This document shows positions 48,952 through 59,502 of a stretch of 64,000 nucleotides of DNA, piece after piece. Under the pieces are notes generated by a model, which was not told the origin of the DNA, did not search any database, and worked only from the letters and a program-made list of their open reading frames with translations. Position 1 is the first letter of the stretch. Each line of letters starts with the position of its first letter. This stretch comes from Methanothrix sp. (GTDB taxonomy: Archaea > Halobacteriota > Methanosarcinia > Methanotrichales > Methanotrichaceae): positions 1,760,001 through 1,824,000 of the forward strand of contig OY821645.1 of NCBI GenBank assembly GCA_963682135.1, given 5' to 3'. The position numbers and the translations under genes were made by a program.

Positions 48952-51900
48952 TCAATCGCCCTTTCTAATCAATACCTGTGCGATCTCTACATCTTCATTC
49001 GGCTTGATCGATATGCTATCTATCGGCTCATTCATCCAAAGGAACTGCGAGCTTATGCGAATCAGATAGTCTTCATATTCCTTAGTGGGTAAGACACGGA
49101 ATTTGATGCTTGATTTCAAACCCTTCCCATACGAAAGGCTAACATTGCCGTTCGTTTCAGACTTCATTTTAATATGAATATAATTTCCAGAAGACTTATC
49201 CATATTAGGGTCAATGGGTAGAGTCAATTCCTCATCTTTGGAAATTCTAGTCTTTGTCATCCTGATGTTTTCCAGGATTTTTGTTAATAAGGATGCCTTT
49301 CTCTCATCATATTTTCCCCAAATATATGGAAGAATTTTGAGATCAAAATCCTGTTGAAGGTCTTGCGGCGGTATGTTATTTAGCGGTGTATTTCGCTCAT
49401 CGAGCTGAACGCTTTGAACCTCAAAGATCGAACTATCCGGAGGATCAAATCGAACATCTGTCAATCCGATTTTTCCGTAAGTCAAGGGAACAGATACCTC
49501 AGAATAATTTCCTGTGCTACAGCTGCGGTTTATCAGATTGACTCCGCATGAGTATTCTCCGAATTCAGATCCATTATAGCCAAAGAATAGCTGCAATCTT
49601 CCTGCCAATGATGAGTTGTATCTTATTATTAGGTTTGAGTAAGCAGTCCTATTCAAAGGCCCTAGACTTGCCAAATCCAAAAAATTGGATAATTGTGGAT
49701 CATAATTGCCGCATAGGAATTCTAGCTTATCTTCAGAGGTCCTATTTATATCGCATGATCGCATCTCCTTTGGCTTAAAATTGATCGGCTTTATGATCTC
49801 GTTCGTGCGGAAGACATCGACTATGCTGCTATTCTTTTCTGTCCATATCTGATACTGATTGACGGTCCCTATCGGCCTGTAATTCTGATATATGTATTCT
49901 GCAATTCTATAGCTTCTAACTTCGTTAGGTATGCCGTCAACAAAATCCCACCAATTTCCTTGCTTAAAGATCACTACTGGTAAATCACCTTTGTCGTGAT
50001 AATTCTCAAGTTTCTCGATTGTAACATTTTGCATAAGATCTGATGTCTGATAAAGGTTGGGAATTATATATGGAATATGCTTTTTATCTGCCAACACATA
50101 TAACATTGGCGAATTTGTAAAATCAAAGAACGTTTGGTTCTTTTCTAACGAGTGGTCAATAAACGACACAATGTCTTGATACTGTGATTTATTGTCGTGG
50201 ACCCTTTTTTCCTTGTTCTGCCAATCGTGGTAATCAAAGAAATCCCCATCTTGATTATTGAACATTATTGTATATGATGGAATTGCTAATAAATATGCTA
50301 AGAGCAGCCCTAAACAGAGTACTCGTGATAGGTTCCTTTTAAAATTAAAATAAAACGGCATGCAGATCAATAAGAAGACAAATAGATACGAGTTGTAACT
50401 CTCTAATAGTGAGTGTCTCTGCACTGATCTAATTGACATAATCAGAGAGAATATTGCCAGGAAAACCAATATGATTTGCCTTTCATAAGGCTCTTCCTGC
50501 CTCATGAATACGATTAATATGAAATATATAACATATATTACTGAAATGCACGGAAGAAGACTGTATTGAAGCATAGCCAGATTCGAATAGCTGGATGCAA
50601 TAGCAACATAGGAGGCAACTTGGCTTTGATACACGGCAAATTGAATATTTTGCAGTATGATCTGGCCAATTGATTCGCTATTTGCTGTCGCTAACAACGC
50701 AAATATCGCGAGCGACAAAATTGTTATAATAAGAAAAGATAGACTCAAATTATAGATCCCAATCCGATCGAGAGATTTTATAAACACATTCTTAGCGTAA
50801 ATTATAGAGAAAATAAAGATGATCCCTGCCAGGGCCGCAATGCCAAAATCCAATCTCCAAAATAGCAGGAAAATCATAGTGATCCAGAACACGCAAGATC
50901 GGAAAAGCGTCAGCCTCTTCAACATCCAGATGAGACCGAGAGCAATCAGCATACAGAAAGCATAATAATAATATCCTCCGACCAGATCAAGAATAGGGAC
51001 CAGCAGCATTGCCATCAAGGAGAAGGCTGGATCTATGATATTCTTCAAGATAAAATAGACCAGCACCGATACGATAACTGGAGTAATCCACGCCCATAAA
51101 AGCGGCTCCACTGGATTATACCCATTCGCCAGTGAGTACAATACTAGATAATACATCTCAGAGAGGCCATGTGTTGGATAGATTCCAATATACGGCAGGC
51201 TGCCAAAGGAGAATAGCTGCTGATTCGAAATGAGCAATTCTCCTTGATGAAACATGTCATATTGGCCAATAACCAGAAGATGTTGATAGTACCGGAACAA
51301 AGTCGCTGTGGCTATGATTATCGGGAAATAAAGCTCCGCGATTACTCTTGCCGATCGCACCTTCGTTCTCTCTTTCTTTAAGAGAACCACGAACAGCACC
51401 AGGCTTGAAAGCAGAAGCAGAGCAACAATTATACTGGACAGCAATCTGGGCTCAATATGCACCATGCCTGATAGAGTGTATTGCAATTCATTGGATAGCG
51501 GTATGGAAATAGGAATTAAAAGAGCTGGAATAAATGATAGCACAATTAAGTTAGATACCAGCAAATCATGACCCTCAAATCCTATGCAGGTACGATTAAG
51601 GAGATAGTACCCTCCAATAAATGTCAGCCACAAAATAAATAAGATAAAATAATGATGACCATCATTGAAAAAACTGAGGGACATATTGAACAGAGTCAGA
51701 CAAGCAACATAGGCGATATAAGGAAAAATCAAGCTCAGAGTAATAATCTCCCTGGAAAATGCATCGGATACGCCCATCCATCCCCGATAGTAAGCCGCGA
51801 CTTTGATTAAAACAAATGAAATTAGCAATATTATAATAAAATATAGCAGCAGCAAATTGTTTAAGAAAATCTCTTGCCAGTTACTGCTAACATACAAAAA

Positions 51901-52281
51901 TGTAGATGCTATGGCGAATATAGATGCATAGAATATCATCTGTTTTTCAAATGGGACCGAAACCGACTTAAGGTACTTTTTTGATACGTAATTAAATAAA
52001 ACAAATAATATGCAGAATAGTAATATTGCGCCTAATATGAACTCAACATACAACTGCGTCCGAAGCGCCGTATCCACACCAGAGATGACGGCAATCCCAA
52101 GGGTCCTGTCCTTGAAGTTGGTCAATTCAAGGGCATTGTTATTTATCAAGTACTGCAAGATAAATACTATTATGCTTAGAGTCAGCGAGGCACTCAAAGT
52201 GATCGCACATGGATCAATGCCGCCTATGCGCTCTTCCTCTGCAATCAGCTCGTCCTTGCATTCCGAGCGTTTTATATCCAT
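48952..52281 (-). CDS. Large polytopic membrane protein, GT-C-like
   Basis: 1109 aa, ~20 hydrophobic segments, YDMFHQGE acidic loop, C-terminal soluble domain. Confidence 0.65.
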   Translation of the reverse strand: MDIKRSECKDELIAEEERIGGIDPCAITLSASLTLSIIVFILQYLINNNALELTNFKDRTLGIAVISGVDTALRTQLYVEFILGAILLFCILFVLFNYVSKKYLKSVSVPFEKQMIFYASIFAIASTFLYVSSNWQEIFLNNLLLLYFIIILLISFVLIKVAAYYRGWMGVSDAFSREIITLSLIFPYIAYVACLTLFNMSLSFFNDGHHYFILFILWLTFIGGYYLLNRTCIGFEGHDLLVSNLIVLSFIPALLIPISIPLSNELQYTLSGMVHIEPRLLSSIIVALLLLSSLVLFVVLLKKERTKVRSARVIAELYFPIIIATATLFRYYQHLLVIGQYDMFHQGELLISNQQLFSFGSLPYIGIYPTHGLSEMYYLVLYSLANGYNPVEPLLWAWITPVIVSVLVYFILKNIIDPAFSLMAMLLVPILDLVGGYYYYAFCMLIALGLIWMLKRLTLFRSCVFWITMIFLLFWRLDFGIAALAGIIFIFSIIYAKNVFIKSLDRIGIYNLSLSFLIITILSLAIFALLATANSESIGQIILQNIQFAVYQSQVASYVAIASSYSNLAMLQYSLLPCISVIYVIYFILIVFMRQEEPYERQIILVFLAIFSLIMSIRSVQRHSLLESYNSYLFVFLLICMPFYFNFKRNLSRVLCLGLLLAYLLAIPSYTIMFNNQDGDFFDYHDWQNKEKRVHDNKSQYQDIVSFIDHSLEKNQTFFDFTNSPMLYVLADKKHIPYIIPNLYQTSDLMQNVTIEKLENYHDKGDLPVVIFKQGNWWDFVDGIPNEVRSYRIAEYIYQNYRPIGTVNQYQIWTEKNSSIVDVFRTNEIIKPINFKPKEMRSCDINRTSEDKLEFLCGNYDPQLSNFLDLASLGPLNRTAYSNLIIRYNSSLAGRLQLFFGYNGSEFGEYSCGVNLINRSCSTGNYSEVSVPLTYGKIGLTDVRFDPPDSSIFEVQSVQLDERNTPLNNIPPQDLQQDFDLKILPYIWGKYDERKASLLTKILENIRMTKTRISKDEELTLPIDPNMDKSSGNYIHIKMKSETNGNVSLSYGKGLKSSIKFRVLPTKEYEDYLIRISSQFLWMNEPIDSISIKPNEDVEIAQVLIRKGD

Positions 52282-52282
52282 A

Positions 52283-53227
52283 TCATTTGCGCCCCTGCTT
52301 TCCTTTATGCCGTTCTACAGAACGCACGATGTAATTTGGTCTGCTTTTGGCTTCAACGAGAATAATCGATATGTATTTTGATTGCAGCCCTAGAACCATA
52401 AAGACACCAGAGAAACAAAATGACATGAACAGCACCTGAGTTGTCCAGCCAGGAACCACGCCGCTCTGGATGGTGTAGATGGCCAGGGCATAGAGGCCCA
52501 ATAATAAGGATATCAGAAGGAATAGAAAGGACATGGCTGCAGAGATGTCTGTCCCAATATTAGAGAAAGAGACAAAGATGTCCATTGCCAGATGCATCTT
52601 TTCTCTAAGACTTAAACCTCGGATGTCAGAGGCGGATGTCACAGGCTCATAATTCAATATCCTGCTGGGGAAACCGGAAAACTTGTAGAGAATTTTTCTA
52701 TATATTATCTGCTCGTTCATTCCTAAAATAGAATTTAATGCTCTGCGGGAAATTATCCTTGCAGTTTCTTTATGGACATCAAAGGGCAAATAAGATATCC
52801 TATTAAACAGCTTGAAGAATAGCTTATCTGCCATATTTTGATTGCTCGATGGAGATGCAGCGACAATGTCAAAGCCTTTGCCTGCCTCCTTGAATAGGTC
52901 ATAGAGCAAATCCAGAGGATAATTCACCTTATCTATCTCGATTTCAAATACATAATCGCCAATGGCCAGATCAACTCCTGCCATCACGCCCTTCTCCGGC
53001 CCGTGCCTCCAGGCCAGATTCACTACAGTTATATCCCTGTTCAGACTCTGGGCTGATGCCTTTAGCTGCTCATCACTTCCATCCGAACTGAAATCATTTA
53101 CCACTATTATCTCATAGTTATCGAACTTATCCCCCATAAAGCCGTCTAATGCCAGGAGGGACTGAGGGATTTTCGAGGCACCGTTCTGTAGATAAAGGAC
53201 AACAGATACGAAGGCTTTCTCTTTCAT
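52283..53227 (-). CDS. GT2 polyprenol-phosphate glycosyltransferase-like (GtrB/ArnC type)
   Basis: VVNDFSSDGS, two C-terminal TM, VPGWTT and RPNYIV; DxD altered to EID. Confidence 0.8.
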   Translation of the reverse strand: MKEKAFVSVVLYLQNGASKIPQSLLALDGFMGDKFDNYEIIVVNDFSSDGSDEQLKASAQSLNRDITVVNLAWRHGPEKGVMAGVDLAIGDYVFEIEIDKVNYPLDLLYDLFKEAGKGFDIVAASPSSNQNMADKLFFKLFNRISYLPFDVHKETARIISRRALNSILGMNEQIIYRKILYKFSGFPSRILNYEPVTSASDIRGLSLREKMHLAMDIFVSFSNIGTDISAAMSFLFLLISLLLGLYALAIYTIQSGVVPGWTTQVLFMSFCFSGVFMVLGLQSKYISIILVEAKSRPNYIVRSVERHKGKQGRK

Positions 53228-54345
53228 CCTACAATCATCTCCATATCATAGACGGTATTTATTTTGCCAGAGAGAACTGCTGCATAGCCCGGATCTTTGG
53301 AGAAGGATCTTATCAATGTAGGCCTGGAATCGTCGATCTCGGAGGCTCGCAGTATGGGTTTGATGGCAAATAGCGAACACTTATAATCAATTTTGATATC
53401 TGGTCGGAGGTATTTCCTCGCCAGTTGATTCATATAAGGAAACGCAGTTGCAGGTTTTGCCGGGCATGTGTTGCAGTTCTGAAGATGGGCAGTAGTGCAG
53501 CTTCTATTAAATTCCTGGCAGCCAAAACGAGGCAGATCCTCATAGCATGATACATGAGGGGTAAATGTGACCGATGTAAGGGTGTGCGTATCAGAAATGC
53601 CGAAAGGCATAACCGAAAAGAATGGGCCATCCATAACTGTGATGCCCACATCGGATATGTTCCTGCTGACATTGCAGAGTATGACCTCTGCAATCTCATA
53701 CTTTATACGAAACATCTCCTGGCCAAATAATTTATTGATTTGATTGATCGAGGCATAGGTACTGTTCAAGACGTTATGAGCTTTTAATATAGAGCCATTA
53801 TTTAATTTCAATTTAAATAACTTGTCCGACTTCTCTGCGCGTTCAATAAATGAATTGAACCGGAATTCTACATTCAGTGTATCTTTGAGAAGCCTCTCCA
53901 GATGATTACTGATCCTCTGCGCATCAAAGGCATACTCCCTGGTTTCAAAGGCCGCTTCAACTGCATTTTCATTAAAATATTTATCGGGCTCAACTTCTTC
54001 GCATGGTATCTTAGCCTGATAACAGAATTTTTGAAATTGACTGGCCGAGGTCAATGAATACCTGCTTGAAATGGCATAAATTTTCTTGAAGCTTCTATTG
54101 ATGGCAAAGCCGAAATCTTCACAGAATCGCTCAAAGTACCCACAGGACTTCACAGCTGTAGAATAGCTTCTAGGATAATGGTAGCCGAAATGAACTCTAG
54201 CCTGATTGATATAGGATGCCCTCTGAAAGGGGCGATCTTCACACTCTAAAATTACAACTTTTTGACCGGCCTCTGCAATTAGTTTGGCAGCGTACATGCC
54301 ATAGATTCCTGAGCCGATGATAGCATAATCATAATCATCGATCAA
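53224..54345 (-). CDS. FAD-dependent oxidoreductase
   Basis: IIGSGIYG, ASYINQARVHFGYHYPRS and MDGPFFS motifs. Confidence 0.85.
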   Translation of the reverse strand: MIDDYDYAIIGSGIYGMYAAKLIAEAGQKVVILECEDRPFQRASYINQARVHFGYHYPRSYSTAVKSCGYFERFCEDFGFAINRSFKKIYAISSRYSLTSASQFQKFCYQAKIPCEEVEPDKYFNENAVEAAFETREYAFDAQRISNHLERLLKDTLNVEFRFNSFIERAEKSDKLFKLKLNNGSILKAHNVLNSTYASINQINKLFGQEMFRIKYEIAEVILCNVSRNISDVGITVMDGPFFSVMPFGISDTHTLTSVTFTPHVSCYEDLPRFGCQEFNRSCTTAHLQNCNTCPAKPATAFPYMNQLARKYLRPDIKIDYKCSLFAIKPILRASEIDDSRPTLIRSFSKDPGYAAVLSGKINTVYDMEMIVG

Positions 54346-54755
54346 TTAGGCCCCCCCCCAAAAAAGAGACCGAACTGTGGAAACGGCAAAGACTTGAATC
54401 AACATGCGTATGCAACTCTATTGAGGTTGCTCTTCAAATTTTTCCTTTAAAAATCTTTTGCTAAGGCCTTAGCTAAATATTTTTCATTTCTACAACTATA
54501 TTTAATTCCACGTATTTAAGTTCTTTGACTTATGCATCGCGACTTAGCTTTGTAGAAAGATGGGTCGTACAATTTTTTAAATAAATAAGTTAAGTACGCT
54601 ATGTCCGGGACTGTAATCAGAAAAATGGTTACTAGATAAGCAGAAATTCAGCTTTATAGGAACCATTATTGGTCACTATGAATACATATATCAGTAGATA
54701 GATATATATACATCAATAGTTAAAACGCGAGTTATTACGTACGGATGTGATAAAA

Positions 54756-57700
54756 ATGAACAAGAAAGCTATATTTTCTCTGATCATGCTTATGCTATTG
54801 GACTTTTTTTCACCAACTTCATCGGCGTCAGATAGTATGGATGACATGGCATCGAATATCGAAAACAATAGCTTAGTGGGCCAATATATCGAGGTATATA
54901 CGAGCCCTATCATCAAGGAACAATACACGATCATTAAAGACCTGTCAAATGAGACTACACTATTTAGAGATGAGAACGGCACGGTCTATAACTCCGTGGA
55001 GGAGTTAATTGTCTCTGAGAGGCCGCGTGTCTCAATAAGCTCAGAACTGCTCAAACTGGATGAAGGATTAGAGAAGGCCGTAGAGGGTGGCGAGACGAAT
55101 ATGACAGTTCCGGTCATCATTGTCTTCGTCAAGCAACCTGCGAATAATGTAAGCATAGATGTGCAGTCCAGATATGAATCGAAGTTCGAGGCAATCACTG
55201 CCCCTGCAAAAGAGATATATGAGAAACTGGAACAAACAGCATCTTCTGAGAAAGACATTGCTGCCAGCACGCAGGAACAAGAATCGCTTAGCAATGAGGA
55301 GATGGATCAGCTAAATCAGACCAAAATGAGTCTGGATCAGGAGATCACCTTGATGAGGTCGGAGATCTTGGAAACATCCACGCCGTTGGTTGATGCGATT
55401 CAAGCCCCGGTTATCGAGAAGATAAAAGCCAATGGCGGCGAAATCGGATATAGCGGGAAGATCTTCAACTCACTATCTGCCAGAGTGCCCGTTAATTATC
55501 TTGTAGAGCTATCCAAGGATCCCGCAATATCCATGATTTATGCAGATCAAATAGAAGAGGCTTACCTGGATGCTGCTATCCCTGCAATAAGCGCTTCTAC
55601 CTGGTGGAGTCAAGGATATACGGGTGGGATCTGGGATGCAGCAGTATGCGATACCGGCATCGATGGCACGCATCCAGCACTTTCGGTCGATTATGCCGGA
55701 GTTTTCCACAATCAGGGCAAGTCTAATTCTGCATATGCGGACAATCCTGCCAGTACTGACGACCTCCAAGGACATGGGACGCATTGCGCAGGAATAATAG
55801 CGAGCACAGATGCGACCTATAAAGGGGCGGCATACGGCCTGGATGCATTGATAAATGCAAAAGCTGGCTGGAAGAACACTGCTGGAAGTGGCTCTATGTA
55901 CGATAGCGATTGTATGGCGGCTGTGGATTGGGCTCTGCTTCACGCCGGTCAGGATGCTGATGTCTTGAGCTACAGCTTTGGGGGCGGCACCAATACCAAT
56001 GGCGATACAGTCCTCTGCCATTATATGGATGCTGTCGTCTTCGACCTCAATACGCCAGTGGTTGTGTCCGCAGGGAATTCTGGGCCGAGCAGCAATACAG
56101 TTGGCTCTCCTGGATCAGCGTACAACGTGGTGACGGTAGGCAATGTCAACGATCAAAACACGGTAAGTCGCACTGATGACACCATATTGTCTTCAAGCAG
56201 CAGAGGTCCTACGGGTGACGGCAGGCGAAAGCCCGACATCTCTGCGCCTGGAACATACATCAAGTCGTGCAATAACAACTGGGAGAGCACTACCCAATTT
56301 GTAGATATGACGGGAACGAGCATGTCGACACCAATGGTTGCCGGATCTGTGCTTTTAATACTTGATTACGCGGCATCTCAGTGGGACAATAGAGCAATAA
56401 AGGCGCTCCTGCTAAATACTGCAGATGATATGGGAATAACCGGTCCAGACAATGATTATGGCTATGGATACATCGAGTTGTGGCATGCAAATTTCCATCG
56501 AGGAGATGTATTTACGGGCAGCCTCGCGGCCACTCCAGAAGGTCAAGTTGAAAAATTCTATAGAGGGCCTGCGTATACAGGAGATAAGGCTACAATGGTA
56601 TGGAACAGGCACGTCACATACAACGACGCTAACGAACCTACGAACTACCTAGGCTTGAGTGACCTGGATCTACATTGGTACGACGAATCGACTGGCGCTT
56701 CAATAGATGCGTCGACCTCTAGCATCAACAATGTTGAACAAGTGAATTCCGGCGGAGATTATCCATCTTCAATAATTAAGATTGAACCGTTTTCTTCTTA
56801 TCCATCAGGGATTAACTCGGAGAGCTACGGTTTGTCCACAGAAGAAGGCTTCACGGCAGTAAGTCCTCCAGCATTGAGCGCCGCTCTCGGGGTCCCAAGT
56901 GGCACAATCGGCAGTGCAGCATCTTTTGCCGTTACAACGACAGTGACTGATACAGGAATTAACGCCCATAGCGTCAGCGCAAGTTTGAGCCTTCCCTCTG
57001 GATTCACCATCATCAGCGGCTCAAATCCACAGTTGTTGGGAACAGTAGGATCCAGCAGCAGCAAGTCAGCAACCTGGACGGTTCGAGCACCTTCAGTGGG
57101 CTCGTCTCAGAGCTATACGATATCGACATCCATTTCTTCAAGCTCTTATGGAGAAAGCTATAATGCAGCTGACTCAGAACAGATAACGGTAGGGCTAATT
57201 AGCAGCGTCCCTGATCGCCTAGGAAATTACAAGGGCAATGGCGTCTGGGGTCTGGACTATAACGGAAACGGCCAGTGGGATGGAACCAGCACAGATCGCG
57301 TGTTCTATTTCGGATGTGCCACGGATCAGCCGGTAGTAGGTGACTGGAATAACGATGGAAAGGACGAACTAGGCAACTACAAGGGCAATGGCGTCTGGGG
57401 TCTGGACTATAACGGAAACGGCCAGTGGGACGGAGACAGCATAGATCGCGTGTTCTATTTCGGATGTGCCACGGATAAGCCGGTAGTAGGTGACTGGAAT
57501 AACGATGGAAAGGATGAGCTGGGCAACTACAAGGGCAATGGCCTCTGGGCTCTGGACTATAACGGAAACGGAGCATGGGATGGAAACAGCCTAGATCGCG
57601 CGTTCTATTTCGGATGTGCCACGGATCAGCCGGTAGTAGGTGACTGGAATGGTGACGGAAAGGATGAGGTGGGCAACTACAAGGGCAATGGCCTCTGGGC

Positions 57701-57950
57701 TCTGGACCATAACGGAAACGGAGCATGGGATGGAGACAGCCTAGACCGCGCGTTCTATTTCGGATGTGCCACGGATCAGCCGGTAGTAGGTGACTGGAAT
57801 GGTGACGGAAAGGATGAGGTGGGCAACTACAAGGGCAATGGCCTCTGGGCTCTGGACTATAACGGAAACGGAGCATGGGATGGAGACAGCATAGATCGCG
57901 TGTTCTATTTCGGAGGTGCCACGGATAAGCCGGTAATCGGAAAATGGTAA
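54756..57950 (+). CDS. Secreted S8 (subtilisin-like) serine peptidase with Ig-like domain and C-terminal FG-GAP-like repeats
   Basis: Triad AVCDTG, HGTHCAG, GTSMSTP; SAGNSG oxyanion motif; signal peptide. Confidence 0.92.
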   Translation: MNKKAIFSLIMLMLLDFFSPTSSASDSMDDMASNIENNSLVGQYIEVYTSPIIKEQYTIIKDLSNETTLFRDENGTVYNSVEELIVSERPRVSISSELLKLDEGLEKAVEGGETNMTVPVIIVFVKQPANNVSIDVQSRYESKFEAITAPAKEIYEKLEQTASSEKDIAASTQEQESLSNEEMDQLNQTKMSLDQEITLMRSEILETSTPLVDAIQAPVIEKIKANGGEIGYSGKIFNSLSARVPVNYLVELSKDPAISMIYADQIEEAYLDAAIPAISASTWWSQGYTGGIWDAAVCDTGIDGTHPALSVDYAGVFHNQGKSNSAYADNPASTDDLQGHGTHCAGIIASTDATYKGAAYGLDALINAKAGWKNTAGSGSMYDSDCMAAVDWALLHAGQDADVLSYSFGGGTNTNGDTVLCHYMDAVVFDLNTPVVVSAGNSGPSSNTVGSPGSAYNVVTVGNVNDQNTVSRTDDTILSSSSRGPTGDGRRKPDISAPGTYIKSCNNNWESTTQFVDMTGTSMSTPMVAGSVLLILDYAASQWDNRAIKALLLNTADDMGITGPDNDYGYGYIELWHANFHRGDVFTGSLAATPEGQVEKFYRGPAYTGDKATMVWNRHVTYNDANEPTNYLGLSDLDLHWYDESTGASIDASTSSINNVEQVNSGGDYPSSIIKIEPFSSYPSGINSESYGLSTEEGFTAVSPPALSAALGVPSGTIGSAASFAVTTTVTDTGINAHSVSASLSLPSGFTIISGSNPQLLGTVGSSSSKSATWTVRAPSVGSSQSYTISTSISSSSYGESYNAADSEQITVGLISSVPDRLGNYKGNGVWGLDYNGNGQWDGTSTDRVFYFGCATDQPVVGDWNNDGKDELGNYKGNGVWGLDYNGNGQWDGDSIDRVFYFGCATDKPVVGDWNNDGKDELGNYKGNGLWALDYNGNGAWDGNSLDRAFYFGCATDQPVVGDWNGDGKDEVGNYKGNGLWALDHNGNGAWDGDSLDRAFYFGCATDQPVVGDWNGDGKDEVGNYKGNGLWALDYNGNGAWDGDSIDRVFYFGGATDKPVIGKW
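57213..57947 (+). repeat. 5 tandem 150-bp coding repeats (GNYKGNG.W.LDYNGNG.WDG...PVVGDWN.DG)
   Basis: aagggcaatg at 57231, 57381, 57531, 57681 and 57831. Confidence 0.95.
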
Positions 57951-58003
57951 CAAAAAATGAAGCGCCTCGCATCCTTGGAGAGCAATTAATCCCAAGGGAT
58001 TTT

Positions 58004-58351
58004 TTAATTTTTGGCAATGATGGCCGCGCCAACGGAAATAAAGATTACTCCTATAATTTTTAGCAGCCCTATATTCTCTTTCAAGCAGGTTTTGCTGAGA
58101 TAGAGGCTCCAAATATATGTAATAGATGAACAAGGCAGAACGACCGTATAAGGAAGCTCAAGCAGAACAATTATATTTAAGATTGCGCTTGCAACGTAAA
58201 AGAATGTTCCAAGCAGCAGGTATTTATTAATGAGTTGAATTACCGATTTTGTTGCCCCAAATGCTGCTCTCTTGAAATAGAAGCTTCCGAGAGCACCTAA
58301 AATGGTGAACAAAACCAATAAGATATAACTAATTATCATCGCCGCTCCCAA
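58004..58351 (-). CDS. EamA/SMR-like small transporter (ArnE/F-like)
   Basis: 4 TM; LPYTVVLPCSSITYIW..LKE motif. Confidence 0.8.
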   Translation of the reverse strand: MGAAMIISYILLVLFTILGALGSFYFKRAAFGATKSVIQLINKYLLLGTFFYVASAILNIIVLLELPYTVVLPCSSITYIWSLYLSKTCLKENIGLLKIIGVIFISVGAAIIAKN

Positions 58352-58679
58352 TTAGGACACAGCCTATAATAATAGCAATTAATCCAATAATTTTTCCCGC
58401 ACTCAACTCTTCCCCAAGAAACCGGAATCCTAGCAAAAAAGCTATAATGTAGCTTATGCTCATCATAGGATGTAGAACGGATAGACTTCCATGCCTATAA
58501 GCAATAATCATAAGCGTTGCACCCAATCCATAGATTACAAAACCACTTAATAAAAATAGGCAATTCTTGCCATCCGACATCTTCCACAACAACTGCCCAA
58601 TCGCCAGAGATGAAGCGGATAATACCATAAGGATAATGCCTATGCAGTTTTTCCTCAATGATTTTATAAAATTCGTCAT
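58329..58679 (-). CDS. EamA/SMR-like small transporter (ArnE/F-like)
   Basis: 4 TM; GQLLWK, GSLSVLHPMMSISY and LGE motifs. Confidence 0.8.
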   Translation of the reverse strand: MTNFIKSLRKNCIGIILMVLSASSLAIGQLLWKMSDGKNCLFLLSGFVIYGLGATLMIIAYRHGSLSVLHPMMSISYIIAFLLGFRFLGEELSAGKIIGLIAIIIGCVLIGSGDDN

Positions 58680-58689
58680 GTCACCATTT

Positions 58690-59478
58690 TCATTTTGCAT
58701 TGTACTTATCGAGGAATAAATCAAATAATATTCGCAGAATTTTAATATTTCCTTTTACAGGGGATATCTTTGTAGGTGTTTTGGTATTCATAGGATAGGC
58801 TCTTTCTACAGGAATCTCGGTTACAAGATATCCGGCTCGAGGGGCCTTTACAGATAGGTATGCCAACAGCTCATATGTTTCAAAGATTTCTCGAAATATT
58901 TGAAGATCCTTGTCAAGCAGGAGTCTGCAAGAATATGCCCTGAATCCATTTGTGGTATCCGTATATCTAAATCCAGCCATATAAGAGATTACCGGCACAT
59001 GTATCAGCTTGATTGGGATCATCCTCATCAGGGGCGTGTTAATGGCTTTTCCGCCTGGCAAAAAACGTGATCCCTGGACAAAATCATATCCTTCGTCCAG
59101 TTTCTTAACAAAGCTAGGTATGCGAGCCACATTATCCTTATTGTTGCCATCGACGGTTATTACTCCTTTGTATCCTTGTAATATCAATGCATAATGAAAA
59201 GCCATGCGAAGCTGCGCACTTAATTTTCCTTTTCCAATTTTTGTCAGCAGAGTCCTGACACCAAAGGATCTAAGCCGTTCAATATCTACAGATCCATCGC
59301 TGCTGCCACCGTCGGCTATTATTATATCAATTGAATGGCCCAAATTGCTCATCCTCTGCAGCTGCTCAACAATCCGCGAACCTTCATTGATAACCGGGAC
59401 GCAAACACAATATTTCGTCTTCTTGGGGCGGAGCTCAAAGATCTCATATTCAGGATACTGGATCCCCAGATTATTCAT
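58690..59478 (-). CDS. GT2 DPM1-like polyprenol-phosphate glycosyltransferase
   Basis: PVINEG, ADGGSSDGS, VDGNNKD, QGSRF and DTTNGFRAY motifs. Confidence 0.88.
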   Translation of the reverse strand: MNNLGIQYPEYEIFELRPKKTKYCVCVPVINEGSRIVEQLQRMSNLGHSIDIIIADGGSSDGSVDIERLRSFGVRTLLTKIGKGKLSAQLRMAFHYALILQGYKGVITVDGNNKDNVARIPSFVKKLDEGYDFVQGSRFLPGGKAINTPLMRMIPIKLIHVPVISYMAGFRYTDTTNGFRAYSCRLLLDKDLQIFREIFETYELLAYLSVKAPRAGYLVTEIPVERAYPMNTKTPTKISPVKGNIKILRILFDLFLDKYNAK

Positions 59479-59502
59479 ATATACCCCCTCATGAATAAAT
59501 TA

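Noticed and set aside
57199-58032. 277-aa minus-strand repetitive ORF
   Set aside because: Antisense shadow of the S8 protease repeats
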